A program made the translations under genes and the position numbers. The notes under the pieces are model-generated. The model saw only the letters and a program-made list of their open reading frames with translations. It was not told where the DNA came from and did not search any database. Positions 1-8,330 of a stretch of DNA of 64,000 bases are shown in pieces. The stretch's first letter is position 1; the number at the start of each line of letters is the position of its first letter. This DNA comes from Verrucomicrobiales bacterium (GTDB taxonomy: Bacteria > Verrucomicrobiota > Verrucomicrobiia > Limisphaerales > SXTU01), in contig SXTU01000291.1 in assembly GCA_005791875.1 (NCBI GenBank), forward strand, positions 4,138 to 68,137. Reading direction: 5' to 3'.

Positions 1-27
1 GATGAAGCTCGTGTCGGCGTAGTTCAC
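1..27 (-). CDS. PIN-domain (VapC-like) toxin, first 9 codons only; gene continues beyond the left edge
   Basis: GTG at 27-25 overlaps the TGA stop (26-24) of the upstream RHH gene (GTGA). The visible codons read V-N-Y-A-D-T-S-F-I, the xxDTSxxI opening typical of PIN toxins. Confidence 0.35.
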
Positions 28-257
28 CGCTCGCCGTCCTCCTCGCGCTGCCGGGCCACGATGCCGCAGGACGCGGGCTTCATGCCCATGCTGTCCAGCC
101 ATTCAAAGTGCTGCTTCCACGTGCGCCGCTTTGCCTGCGCGGCAGCGTCCTTCACCAACTCTTGAAGCAGGCTGTAGGGAGTGTGCCCGCGCACCTTCGC
201 CGCGCGAGCAAAGCTGCGCGCCGTCTTTTCATCCACCCGCGTCTGGAGGAGTGTCAT
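24..257 (-). CDS. Ribbon-helix-helix (CopG/Arc-type) antitoxin-like protein
   Basis: ORF track 24..329. I prefer the ATG at 257 (MTLLQTRVDEKTARSFARAAKVRGHTPYSLLQELVKD), which gives a strand-helix-helix pattern. Its stop overlaps the start of the PIN-like gene. Confidence 0.55.
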   Translation of the reverse strand: MTLLQTRVDEKTARSFARAAKVRGHTPYSLLQELVKDAAAQAKRRTWKQHFEWLDSMGMKPASCGIVARQREEDGER

Positions 258-409
258 ACGCGCGACTGTAATCCTGGAAGCAGCGGAGTCAACATTGCGG
301 CGGGACACCACGGACGCACGCCGAGTCATGGCGGATCACTTGGAGCACCTCTGTCGTGGCGCAAGTCCGGTGAACGCCGCCGCCACAACGATGGCTTCTC
401 CACAGAGTG

Positions 410-781
410 TCAGAGCGGGTGCTGTGCGAAGGTGAACTCTGACACGGGCCGTCCGCCGACGAGGTGTTCCTGGATGATGCGTTCCAAGACCACCGGAGTG
501 CACGAGTGATACCAGATGCCCTCGGGATACACGACCGCGATGGGACCGCGCGCGCAGACTTGGAGGCAGTTGGCCTTCGTGCGATAGACCAGCGCCTGCG
601 GGCCGACAAGGCCCAGCTCCTTCAGCCGGCGCTTGAGATAATCCCACGACTCGATGCTCGCCTCGCGCGGGCTGCACTTGGGCTTGGTCTGGTCTGCGCA
701 TAGGAAGATGTGGCGGCGGAACTTCTCCACGCCCAGCTCTGCGACGAGCCGCTGCAACTCAATTTGCAACTCTGTGTTCAT
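410..781 (-). CDS. Thioredoxin-like [2Fe-2S] ferredoxin family protein
   Basis: 123 aa. The Cys pattern is [11 protein letters not shown] ... NCLQVC (C-x7-C / C-x3-C), with overall resemblance to COG3411-type ferredoxins. The start overlaps the sixA stop by 4 nt. Confidence 0.7.
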   Translation of the reverse strand: MNTELQIELQRLVAELGVEKFRRHIFLCADQTKPKCSPREASIESWDYLKRRLKELGLVGPQALVYRTKANCLQVCARGPIAVVYPEGIWYHSCTPVVLERIIQEHLVGGRPVSEFTFAQHPL

Positions 782-1272
782 GACTGGCGGGTGCCACCCA
801 CTCCGAGCGCTTTTGGGGTGATGAGGAAACTCAGCGAGCCTTCCAGTTTGTCGGAGGTCTTCACACAGGCGACTGCGCCCTTGGACAACTCCAGCGAGTC
901 CGCGCGATCCAAATCGAGCATTCGCCTCACCCGAGCGGAGAGCGACGGCTCGTGGCCGACGAGCAGAACATGGCTCGCCTCCGGGAGTCGGACTAGCCAG
1001 TCGGAAAAGGTGTCGGGGTCCGCCTCGTTCAGCAGGACCGAGACTTCCTGCGCCGTGACCGGCTGCAATTCGTTCGTGATGTCGAGCAGGATGGCCGTGG
1101 TCTGCTTCGCGCGCACGAGCGGGCTGGTGAATGCCAGATCGAAGGCGACTCCGGCACGACGCAGCAGCCGCGCGAGCTTGCGCGCCTGCCGTCGGCCGGT
1201 GGGCGAGAGCGGGCGCTTCGCGTCATCCGCGCCGTCCAGCGCGGCGGCGTGGCGGAGGAAGTAGAGTTTCAT
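778..1272 (-). CDS. sixA: Phosphohistidine phosphatase SixA
   Basis: The internal ATG at 1272 gives [11 protein letters not shown] (RHA catalytic motif), and LVGHEPSL (GHEP motif) follows later. The 28 upstream codons of the track ORF are a translated repeat. Confidence 0.75.
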   Translation of the reverse strand: MKLYFLRHAAALDGADDAKRPLSPTGRRQARKLARLLRRAGVAFDLAFTSPLVRAKQTTAILLDITNELQPVTAQEVSVLLNEADPDTFSDWLVRLPEASHVLLVGHEPSLSARVRRMLDLDRADSLELSKGAVACVKTSDKLEGSLSFLITPKALGVGGTRQS

Positions 1273-1288
1273 CTCGGACACAAGATTT

Positions 1289-1431
1289 AGAATGACCAAA
1301 GACCAATGACGCAATGCCCAATGAATGCTCAATTTCCAATACCCAATGCCCGGCAAGCGTCTTGCGGCTCCCAGCGCTCCATTGGGCCTTGGTCATTTTT
1401 TGGGCATTGCGTCATTGAGAATTGGTCATTC
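1289..1431. repeat. Heptad-word palindrome, CAATGAC-type words (copy A1)
   Basis: The left arm is gaatgaccaaagaccaatgacgcaatgcccaatgaa... The right arm is ...ttgggcattgcgtcattgagaattggtcattcc, its imperfect reverse complement. It lies between the P1 stop (1436) and the sixA start (1272). Confidence 0.85.
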
Positions 1432-1435
1432 CCCG

Positions 1436-2854
1436 CTACGGCTGCGGCTGAAACACAATCCTGCTGAACGCCCTCGGCGCAAACTCCGCCTTTCCGAAGT
1501 TCGCGCTGCTCGCACGCACGGCCTTCTCTGTCCAGCTTTCCAGCGCAATCGTCAGGCTGCCGCGCCCGGCGAAGAACACGCGGATGTCGCCGGCCTGCAC
1601 CGGCGCGGTCTGCGCGCGGTCGGTGGCGAAGTCCACCTGCCCGATGCGGTCCATGGGTATCTCGATGAAGTTGTCCGCGACTGCGAAGCGCAGCTTGCCG
1701 TCCTTCAGCTCCACCAGGCGGCCTGCGATGGTATCGCGGTTCACCAGGCGACCCACGTCGTTCTTCACGTTGGGCACGAGCGCGGCGACGTTTTCATCGA
1801 GCCGCCCGTCCCACTCGCTGATGCGGAGGTTTGCCAGCCGCATTGGTCCCGAACCCTGATGCACGAGCCGGATGCCGGTGCCCTGGCCGCCGAAGCCCTC
1901 GGTGTCGACCCACTGCTTCGCCAGGACGCCGTTGATGAACACGGTGATGGTCTTCTGCTCGCGGCTGGTCTTGATGCCGATTCGCGCGCGGTTGGTCTGC
2001 TGGAGCTGCGGGATGACGGCCATGCCGAGCTGGCGCACCGGCTCCTTGTGCTTCACGAGCAGGAGCTGCGTGGAGTAGCTATTCAACTGAAGGCTGTAAA
2101 ACCCGCCGAACGGAGGCTCGTCCGCTGTCTGCGCGAGGCGCACGGGCTGGAGCGAATCCGTGTAGAGCGCGATGGCCAGCGCGAACTGCCCCTGCCACGC
2201 GAGGTCGAACTCCAGCGAGGAACTCGGCGGCAGCTTCACGTCGCGCGCGATGGACGCGGGCTGCGTTGCTACAAACGCGCCGTTCACGAAATGCCATTCC
2301 CCGGCAGCGATCACCCCGCCGAGCGCCTTGCCCATCGTCCAGCCTTCCAGCCCGTCCGGCCCGGCGAAGACCGCGCGCGGCGTCGGCCCAGCCGGGCGCA
2401 CGCTGGCGACGCGCGGACGCGGCACCGTCAACGTGCCAGCAAACCACGTCTCCAGCACGAGCTGCTGTTCATTGAGCGACTTGAGGTTGCCGGAGATCTC
2501 GTCGCCGTTGGTGAGGCGGACGAAGCAGAAGTTCGGAGAGTTCGCGGGCGGTGGCAACTGTGCACCGAGGTGGATTTCCGCCAGCGCGGCGGGCTGGAAC
2601 TCAATCGAAGCCGCCGCGTCCGTGTGCCGCCAGCGCAGGCCGGTCGCGGGCGAGATGGACTCAAGCTGGCCGGTGAGAAGGTCGCCGTTGCGGAAGAGGA
2701 GGGCCTGAGGGGTTGAGGCAGAGCCGGCGCCGAGGGTGAGGGCGCTGAGCAGGGCCAGGAGCGTGATGCGTGATGCGTGATGCGTGAATGACGCCGGACA
2801 CCCGCGAGCGACGGCACGCAACACGCAACACGCAACACGCAACACAGCTTTCAT
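1436..2854 (-). CDS. Secreted modular protein, paralog P1 (hypothetical)
   Basis: 472 aa. The ATG at 2854 overlaps the P2 stop (ATGA). The hydrophobic core is ITLLALLSALTLGAGSA. It shares four short modules with P2 and P3 (ETWFAG motif; NxDxxxGxL..DGKL....EIP) flanking a central GLEGW...WxFxNG region that resembles a concanavalin/DUF1080-type jelly roll (weak recall). Confidence 0.7.
   Translation of the reverse strand: MKAVLRVACCVLRAVARGCPASFTHHASRITLLALLSALTLGAGSASTPQALLFRNGDLLTGQLESISPATGLRWRHTDAAASIEFQPAALAEIHLGAQLPPPANSPNFCFVRLTNGDEISGNLKSLNEQQLVLETWFAGTLTVPRPRVASVRPAGPTPRAVFAGPDGLEGWTMGKALGGVIAAGEWHFVNGAFVATQPASIARDVKLPPSSSLEFDLAWQGQFALAIALYTDSLQPVRLAQTADEPPFGGFYSLQLNSYSTQLLLVKHKEPVRQLGMAVIPQLQQTNRARIGIKTSREQKTITVFINGVLAKQWVDTEGFGGQGTGIRLVHQGSGPMRLANLRISEWDGRLDENVAALVPNVKNDVGRLVNRDTIAGRLVELKDGKLRFAVADNFIEIPMDRIGQVDFATDRAQTAPVQAGDIRVFFAGRGSLTIALESWTEKAVRASSANFGKAEFAPRAFSRIVFQPQP
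2761..2845. repeat. Heptad-word palindrome, GCGTGAT / ACACGCA words (copy E1)
   Basis: gcgtgat x3-4, then spacer ..gacgccggacacccgcgagcgac.., then acacgca x4. There is one A:A (or U:U) mismatch per heptad. It lies inside the 5' coding end of P1. Confidence 0.9.
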
Positions 2855-4452
2855 CTCTCGAAAAATTGTTGCAGCTCGGCCCCCATGAACGGGAGGTCCA
2901 GCACCAGCGGTTCACGGCCCGGGTTGAAGCGCAGCATCCGCAGCCAGCGCGCGTCGAGCGCGAGCGGGCCGAAGTGCGGGCTGACGCCGGCAAGCTGCTT
3001 GCCGTCCCAGCGCGGCTGCGTGAACGCGACGGTCTCGCCGCTGCTCAGGTGTGCGTGCGCCTCGCCCGCCGGACGATTCGTTGCGGGCGGAGTGACTGGA
3101 GCGAGGACAACCTGCGTGATCCGGGTGAGGGGAATTTCCAGGCTGCCGGCGGTCGAGGTCAGCGTGAGCTTGCCGTCGCGGATGGCGCGCACGTCGCCCA
3201 ACGCGCGGTCCTGGTTCGCGAGGCGGACGAGATGGCCGGTGAAGTTCGTCGCGACGATTTCTGGCTCGCTGGGGCGGCCGTCCCACGCCGAGACCTTGAC
3301 GCCGCTCAACTGAATTCCGCCCTGGAGCATGTAGAACGAAATGCCCGTCCCCGGCAGTGCCGGGCCGCGCGCGGCAGCGGCGGCGCGAACCGCCTCGGCG
3401 ACGGTCGGCGGCAGATTCGGGTCGAGCGCTGGCACGGCGGGCTTCACTAGGTTCGGGTCGTTCCACTGCTGGATCACGTTGCCGTCCACCACCAGCGTGA
3501 CCGCGCCTGCCAGCAGGTCCGTGCGGATCTCGACACGCATCTTGCGACCCGGCAGCGGCACGGGGATCTGCGCCTGGCCGAGGTGCTGCATTCCGAACTG
3601 GCCCTGCCCGCGCATGAGGTTCACGTAGCCCAGACCGAGGTTGAACTGGTAGCCGCTGGCGGCAAAGTTGAAGCGCTCAACCGCGTCGGTGTAGAGGCTG
3701 AAGTAGAGGTTCAACGCCCCGCTGCTGCCCACCTCGAACTCCACGCGCGACTGCGGGGGGAGCTTGAGGTCGCGGCCCATGAAGGCGTTCGCGCTGCCGG
3801 AGAGCACGCCATCGCGGAACTGCCATGCGGCGGGCGTCGGCCCGGTGGCCCAGCCCTCCAGGCCGTTGGGTCCGTCGTAGAGCGTGGCGAATCCTCGTGC
3901 GAGGAACGCGAGCGACTGCACGCCCGCGCGCGGCGCGCGGAGCTTCCCAGCGAACCACGTCTCCAGCTCGATGTGCGAGGCGTCGAGCGACACGAGGTTG
4001 CCGGTCAGCTCGTCGCCGTTCACGAAGCGGAAGCGGCAGGTGTGGTGCGCGCTGGACTGTGCCGGGGGCGGTGCGGTTTGCGCGAAGCGAATAAGGTGCG
4101 CGTTGTTCGGCAGGAACGCGATGGGCGCAGCGGACGCCGGGTGTTTCCAGCGGATGCCAGCCGGGTCAATCGCCTGCAACGAGCCATGCAACCGGGAGCC
4201 ATCAAGGAACTGAAACACATCTCCATCGGGCGCTGCCGGGCCTGCGAGAGGCGCGAAAATCTGCGCATGGCCGGGCGGGGGAGCAAAAACCTTCGGTGCC
4301 GGGCGAGGGGCGGGAGGTTGGATCAAGTTCTGTGCGCAGAGCGGAAGTGCGGTGGCGAGCAGGAGCGCGGCGAGCAGGAAGTAATTAGTGATTACTGATA
4401 AGTAATTGGTGATCCGGGTCGAGAGCGGGCTGGCATCCGGCTGGTCACTCAT
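2851..4452 (-). CDS. Secreted modular protein, paralog P2 (hypothetical)
   Basis: 533 aa from ATG 4452 (MSDQPDASPLSTRITNYLSVITNYFLLAALLLATALPLCAQ); the track start is 4527. It has the same module order as P1 and P3 (FVNGDELTGNLVSLD...ETWFAG; NGLEGW; NQDRALGDVRAIRDGKL...EIPL). Confidence 0.7.
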   Translation of the reverse strand: MSDQPDASPLSTRITNYLSVITNYFLLAALLLATALPLCAQNLIQPPAPRPAPKVFAPPPGHAQIFAPLAGPAAPDGDVFQFLDGSRLHGSLQAIDPAGIRWKHPASAAPIAFLPNNAHLIRFAQTAPPPAQSSAHHTCRFRFVNGDELTGNLVSLDASHIELETWFAGKLRAPRAGVQSLAFLARGFATLYDGPNGLEGWATGPTPAAWQFRDGVLSGSANAFMGRDLKLPPQSRVEFEVGSSGALNLYFSLYTDAVERFNFAASGYQFNLGLGYVNLMRGQGQFGMQHLGQAQIPVPLPGRKMRVEIRTDLLAGAVTLVVDGNVIQQWNDPNLVKPAVPALDPNLPPTVAEAVRAAAAARGPALPGTGISFYMLQGGIQLSGVKVSAWDGRPSEPEIVATNFTGHLVRLANQDRALGDVRAIRDGKLTLTSTAGSLEIPLTRITQVVLAPVTPPATNRPAGEAHAHLSSGETVAFTQPRWDGKQLAGVSPHFGPLALDARWLRMLRFNPGREPLVLDLPFMGAELQQFFER

Positions 4453-4481
4453 CGCTAAACACTGATCACTTATTACTGAGC
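4379..4481. repeat. Heptad-word palindrome, AT-rich AGTAATT/AGTGATT words (copy F1)
   Basis: The left arm is agtaatt agtgatt actgata agtaatt ggtgatc. The right arm is ggtcactcatcgctaaacactgatcacttattactgagc. The palindrome spans the P2 start codon (4452-4450). Confidence 0.8.
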
Positions 4482-4511
4482 ATTTCTTCACGCGCGCGGG
4501 AATAGAAGCCC

Positions 4512-7241
4512 TCACGGCCCGCCCCATTCATCCACCGGACCGCGCGGCGTGGAGGGGTTGAAACGCAGCGCGCGGATGGACTCCGGCTTGAGCGTCAGCC
4601 GGCCAAACACGGGGCTGACGGCGGTGACCTCGCCCGGCCCCCACTTCTCCAGCGACAGCGTGAGCCGCTCGTTGCGGTGCAGTGTGACCTGGACGCCCTC
4701 GACCTTCGGCAGCTCCGGCGCAGCGTTTACCGGGAAGGCGATAAGCGCCGCGCGCGTCAGGGGAATCTCCAGCTTCGCGCCCGCCGGGTTGAACGCGAGC
4801 TTGCCATCACGAATGCCGTGCAGCGTGCCTGTCGCGCGGTCCTGGTTCACGAACTCCACGACGGCGGTGTCGGGCGGCGGCACTTCCACAAGCTTGTCAG
4901 GATCGGCTCCCGGCGCGCCCAGCGGTTCGCGATCGCGGTCCACGCGGCCGTCCCACGGCGTGATGCGGATGTCACTGACGCGGACGCGGGAGTTGGAGTT
5001 GTAGTTATAGAAGACTACGCCGGTGCCGGGACCGGGCGAGCCCATGCCCTTCCACTCGTGGACCTTCTCGCCGTCGGCCAGCATCGTGGTGATCTCGGTC
5101 TCCGTGTTGACGAGGAAGGTGAGGCGCACCGTGCTCTTGTTGAGCATCTGCGGCACGCGCGCCCCGCTGGAACTGGTGGCACCGGCACCGGAGCGGCGCA
5201 TCGAGTAGATGTAGCCGGAGGACGATGTGTAGAACTGCCAGCCGTCGCTGAAGTCGAACTGCTCCGTGTTGCGCGTGAAGAACGAGAAGCGGAAGAAGGG
5301 CTGGCCCTTCCACGCCATGTCGAACTCGATGCGCGCCTTCGTGGGCAGATTGCACTCGCGCCCGAGCGTGCCCACGGCAGTCCCGTAATACGCGCCGTCG
5401 CGGAAGGTCCACGCGGCGTTCGTGTTCGCGGTGGCGGCGCGGCCGGCGAGCGCGGCCTCTGCGCCGGCGGCCCCGACGACGTTCAGGTTGTTCAACTGCA
5501 ACGCACCGAGCGCGCGGACCCGCGCCTCGGCGAGCGCGTTGGCATGCGCCACCACGAGCGCGCCCATGCCGAGATCCGCCTGCGCCTGCGCAAGCTGCTG
5601 ATCAAGTTCACGCGTCTCGGCCACGCCAGCACCCGCCGCGAGCGTCTGCAAAAGCCGCGCGCCCAACTGCGCGGCCTCGGCCTTCATCAGAGACTTGAAG
5701 CGCGTCTCCTTTGCCTTGTCCCGCGCGACAGCGGCGGCGTCCGTGAAGTCCTCGAACCAACGCGAGAGCGCGCGTTCGGAGGCGACATCCGCGTCCACGG
5801 CGGCGCGCACCAGGTCGGATTTGATGAACTCGCCAGCCGCCGCGGCCTTCTGCGCGGTCTCGACGAACTTCATGATGGCGGCGACTGCGTGCGGCTGGAT
5901 GGCAGCGGGTGCCGCCGCTACTGCCCGCACGCCGCCGAGCAGGTCATAGGTCCGCGTGAGCGCGATGGCTGAAGGGTCGTTCTTCAAATGCGCCAACTCG
6001 CGCAGCAAACGGCTCGTGAGCAGCGCGCCTTCGCGGCGGATGACAGTGCGCTGATCGCTCCCGCCCTCGGCCTGCTTCTCCAAGTCAGCCTTAATGGCCG
6101 GCGCTTTGACCAGGCCGGCCTCGATTGCGAGCAGAACCAAATCGGTCTTCAGGTAGTCGGCCACCGTGGCGGCCAAGCGGGCGCGGGATGCCATCGTGGA
6201 AATCTCGGGCACTGTGGGCTTCTTGTTGAAGGCGGGCGCGGGCGCGGGGTCGCCGGGTGCAAGCTTCGGTGGCGGCAATGGCGGGCGCTCGCCGGGTTGG
6301 GGAAGCTCCTTGAGCTTGCGATCCACTTCCGCCTTCACTGCCTGCGCGGCTAGGTCCACGGCGGACGCTAGCGGAGGCTCGGCGCGTTTCGGTAGGACGC
6401 GGATGGGCAGGACGGGCCGCGGTGGCGCTTTCGGATCAACCGCGTTGGCCGGCTGCTTCGCCGCTGCCTCTTCCATTTCCTTCAGCCGCAATTCCAAAGC
6501 CTGCTTCAAGACGGGTGAGCCTTTCTCGCCGAGCTTCGCTATCTCCTCCTTGAGCTGGATCACGGCTTCCTGCGGCGTCGGCTCCACGACCGGCCGGGCT
6601 GGTGCCGCGAAGCGAATGGCGGGCATGAAATTCACATTGTTGCCGGCGGCATCGAACCCGATTCGGTTCACGGTGGCGGAGCCGGTGCTGACCTTCCACT
6701 CGTCCGCCGCGCGCGGGCCGTCGTAGAGCGCGGACTGGCTGCTGCCGTAGAAAGACAGGCTCGCCAGCCCCGAGCGCTGGCCGCGCAACCGCCCGGCGAA
6801 CCAGGTCTCGATCTCGAAGCTCTCGCCATCGAGCGACAGCAACTGCCCCTCGAACTCGTCGCCGCTGGCGAGCTGCACTCGGCAGACAGGCGCGGAATTG
6901 GTCGGCAGCGCCAGCGCGCGCGCGGGCATGCGGATGCTGTTCAGGTTCGTGGTGGTGAACTCGATGGGCTGCCGGGCGTTGGGATGCCGCCACTTGAGCG
7001 TCTCGCTGTTCAGAGACTCGATCTCCCCGCGCAGGAAGGAGCTGTCGAGGAAGGAGACGGTGGCGGGGGGGAGGTTGGTGGCGGGCAGGTTTGTTGAACC
7101 AGCCAGCAGCGCAAAAAGAAGATAACTTCCAATGTTCAACTTCCAACGCTCAACGTGCGAAGGCGCGCACTTGGACGTTGAACGTTGAACGTTGAGCGTT
7201 GAGCGTTTTCCGACTCCAAGTTGAAGCTTCCTACCGTTCAT
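4512..7241 (-). CDS. Secreted modular protein, paralog P3 (hypothetical), with long Ala/Pro/Lys/Glu-rich insert
   Basis: 909 aa. The ATG at 7241 overlaps the 3' end of the upstream gene by 11 nt. The core is SYLLFALLAGS. It has the same terminal modules as P1 and P2 (LASGDEFEGQLLSLD..ETWFAG; NQDRATGTLHGIRDGKL..EIPL) plus a ~400-aa low-complexity insert after module 2. Confidence 0.7.
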   Translation of the reverse strand: MNGRKLQLGVGKRSTLNVQRSTSKCAPSHVERWKLNIGSYLLFALLAGSTNLPATNLPPATVSFLDSSFLRGEIESLNSETLKWRHPNARQPIEFTTTNLNSIRMPARALALPTNSAPVCRVQLASGDEFEGQLLSLDGESFEIETWFAGRLRGQRSGLASLSFYGSSQSALYDGPRAADEWKVSTGSATVNRIGFDAAGNNVNFMPAIRFAAPARPVVEPTPQEAVIQLKEEIAKLGEKGSPVLKQALELRLKEMEEAAAKQPANAVDPKAPPRPVLPIRVLPKRAEPPLASAVDLAAQAVKAEVDRKLKELPQPGERPPLPPPKLAPGDPAPAPAFNKKPTVPEISTMASRARLAATVADYLKTDLVLLAIEAGLVKAPAIKADLEKQAEGGSDQRTVIRREGALLTSRLLRELAHLKNDPSAIALTRTYDLLGGVRAVAAAPAAIQPHAVAAIMKFVETAQKAAAAGEFIKSDLVRAAVDADVASERALSRWFEDFTDAAAVARDKAKETRFKSLMKAEAAQLGARLLQTLAAGAGVAETRELDQQLAQAQADLGMGALVVAHANALAEARVRALGALQLNNLNVVGAAGAEAALAGRAATANTNAAWTFRDGAYYGTAVGTLGRECNLPTKARIEFDMAWKGQPFFRFSFFTRNTEQFDFSDGWQFYTSSSGYIYSMRRSGAGATSSSGARVPQMLNKSTVRLTFLVNTETEITTMLADGEKVHEWKGMGSPGPGTGVVFYNYNSNSRVRVSDIRITPWDGRVDRDREPLGAPGADPDKLVEVPPPDTAVVEFVNQDRATGTLHGIRDGKLAFNPAGAKLEIPLTRAALIAFPVNAAPELPKVEGVQVTLHRNERLTLSLEKWGPGEVTAVSPVFGRLTLKPESIRALRFNPSTPRGPVDEWGGP
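7127..7207. repeat. Heptad-word palindrome, ACGTTGA words (copy D1)
   Basis: ttccaatgttcaacttccaacgctcaacgtgc, then spacer gaaggcgcgcac, then ttggacgttgaacgttgaacgttgagcgttgagcgtt. It lies inside the 5' coding end of P3. Confidence 0.85.
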
Positions 7242-8271
7242 AAATGGGCAGGAACCGGTAGTTCAACGCCAGCGACAGCAGCGACGCCGCCGTGCCGAAG
7301 GAATTTCCAAACGACCCGTCCCAACTCCCGTCCTTGTTCTGCGTGGCGGCGAGGGACTTGATGTTCGCGCCGTTCCACTTGCGCCACGCGTCCGGCGAGC
7401 TGTGGAAGTAAGCCTGCGCCGCGTAGTAGAGGTAGTATTGCTGGTAGTGCGCGTCGCCAGCGGCGGTCTGGAGATACTGCCACGCGCCCTTGAACTCCGC
7501 CGTGTCCTTCCGTTTCGCCAGCGCCTGGACGAGCACGCCGATGGCGCACCGCGTCGCGTTCGGCCCGCTCGCGCCGGTGTAGCCGTAACCGCCCTCGGGA
7601 GTTTTGCAGCTCGTGAAATACTTGAGGCCCTTCTGAATCGCATCCTCCGGCACCGCGAGGCCCGCGTTGCGCGCGGCGAACATCGCGACCATCTGCGCGC
7701 CACTCACGGTCGTGTCCGCGTCCGAGCTTTCCGGCGAGTAGCGCCAGCCGCCGTGTGGGTTGCGCGCCTGCGAGGCGACGATGAGGTTGATGGCGCGCTG
7801 GAGCGCCGGGCCGAGCCGGGCGTCCTCCACCGCACCGTAGGCTTCTGCTAGCGCGAGGGCACCGAAGCCGTGGTTATACATCGAGGTGCCGATGTAGCCG
7901 GTGTCCTTGTTCTGCTGCGCGAGCAGGGCGTTCAGCCCGCGTTTGATGGCCGACGCGTAAGGGCCCACGTTCGGGTCGTCGCCGTGCGCGAGCATCGCCA
8001 CCACGCACAGGCCGATGACGCCCGGCTGCCGCCCATACACATCCGCCCACGCGCCCTCCGCCGACTGCGACTTGATGAGATACTGCAAGCCCTTCACATA
8101 CATCACGTCAATCGCCGCCGGGCTGGCGTCGGACTTCTCGATGAAGAGCTGTTGGGCGGAGGCTTCGCAGAATGACCAAGGCCCAATGACCAAGGCCCAA
8201 AGAATAACCAATGACCGGAGCGCGGCGTTCACGCTGCAGAAGGTTCCGATCAGCAAAAGGCGCAAGGACAT
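7231..8271 (-). CDS. Prenyltransferase/squalene-oxidase-repeat (alpha/alpha-toroid) family protein, secreted
   Basis: I prefer ATG 8271 (MSLRLLLIG...). The track start, GTG 8334, overlaps the upstream stop as GTGA. Repeated motifs AEGAWAD, PHGGWRY, PEGGYGY and KDGSWDGSFG occur at roughly regular spacing, as in terpenoid-cyclase-like repeats. Confidence 0.65.
   Translation of the reverse strand: MSLRLLLIGTFCSVNAALRSLVILWALVIGPWSFCEASAQQLFIEKSDASPAAIDVMYVKGLQYLIKSQSAEGAWADVYGRQPGVIGLCVVAMLAHGDDPNVGPYASAIKRGLNALLAQQNKDTGYIGTSMYNHGFGALALAEAYGAVEDARLGPALQRAINLIVASQARNPHGGWRYSPESSDADTTVSGAQMVAMFAARNAGLAVPEDAIQKGLKYFTSCKTPEGGYGYTGASGPNATRCAIGVLVQALAKRKDTAEFKGAWQYLQTAAGDAHYQQYYLYYAAQAYFHSSPDAWRKWNGANIKSLAATQNKDGSWDGSFGNSFGTAASLLSLALNYRFLPIYER
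8171..8219. repeat. Single (unpaired) arm of CAATGAC-type heptads inside a CDS
   Basis: aatgacc aaggccc aatgacc aaggccc aaagaat aaccaat gaccgga. It translates as LVILWALVIGPWS within the signal-peptide region of the 7231..8271 gene. Confidence 0.8.
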
Positions 8272-8330
8272 ATTCAGACAGCCGGACGTTGCTGCGGCCT
8301 GAAGGCCGCGCTCCACTGACGCCTTCGCGC

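Noticed and set aside
1325-2716. 463-aa + strand ORF
   Set aside because: It is antisense to paralog P1. It has Arg/Ala/His/Leu-rich low-information composition and no recognisable motifs. It is a typical shadow ORF of a GC-rich gene.
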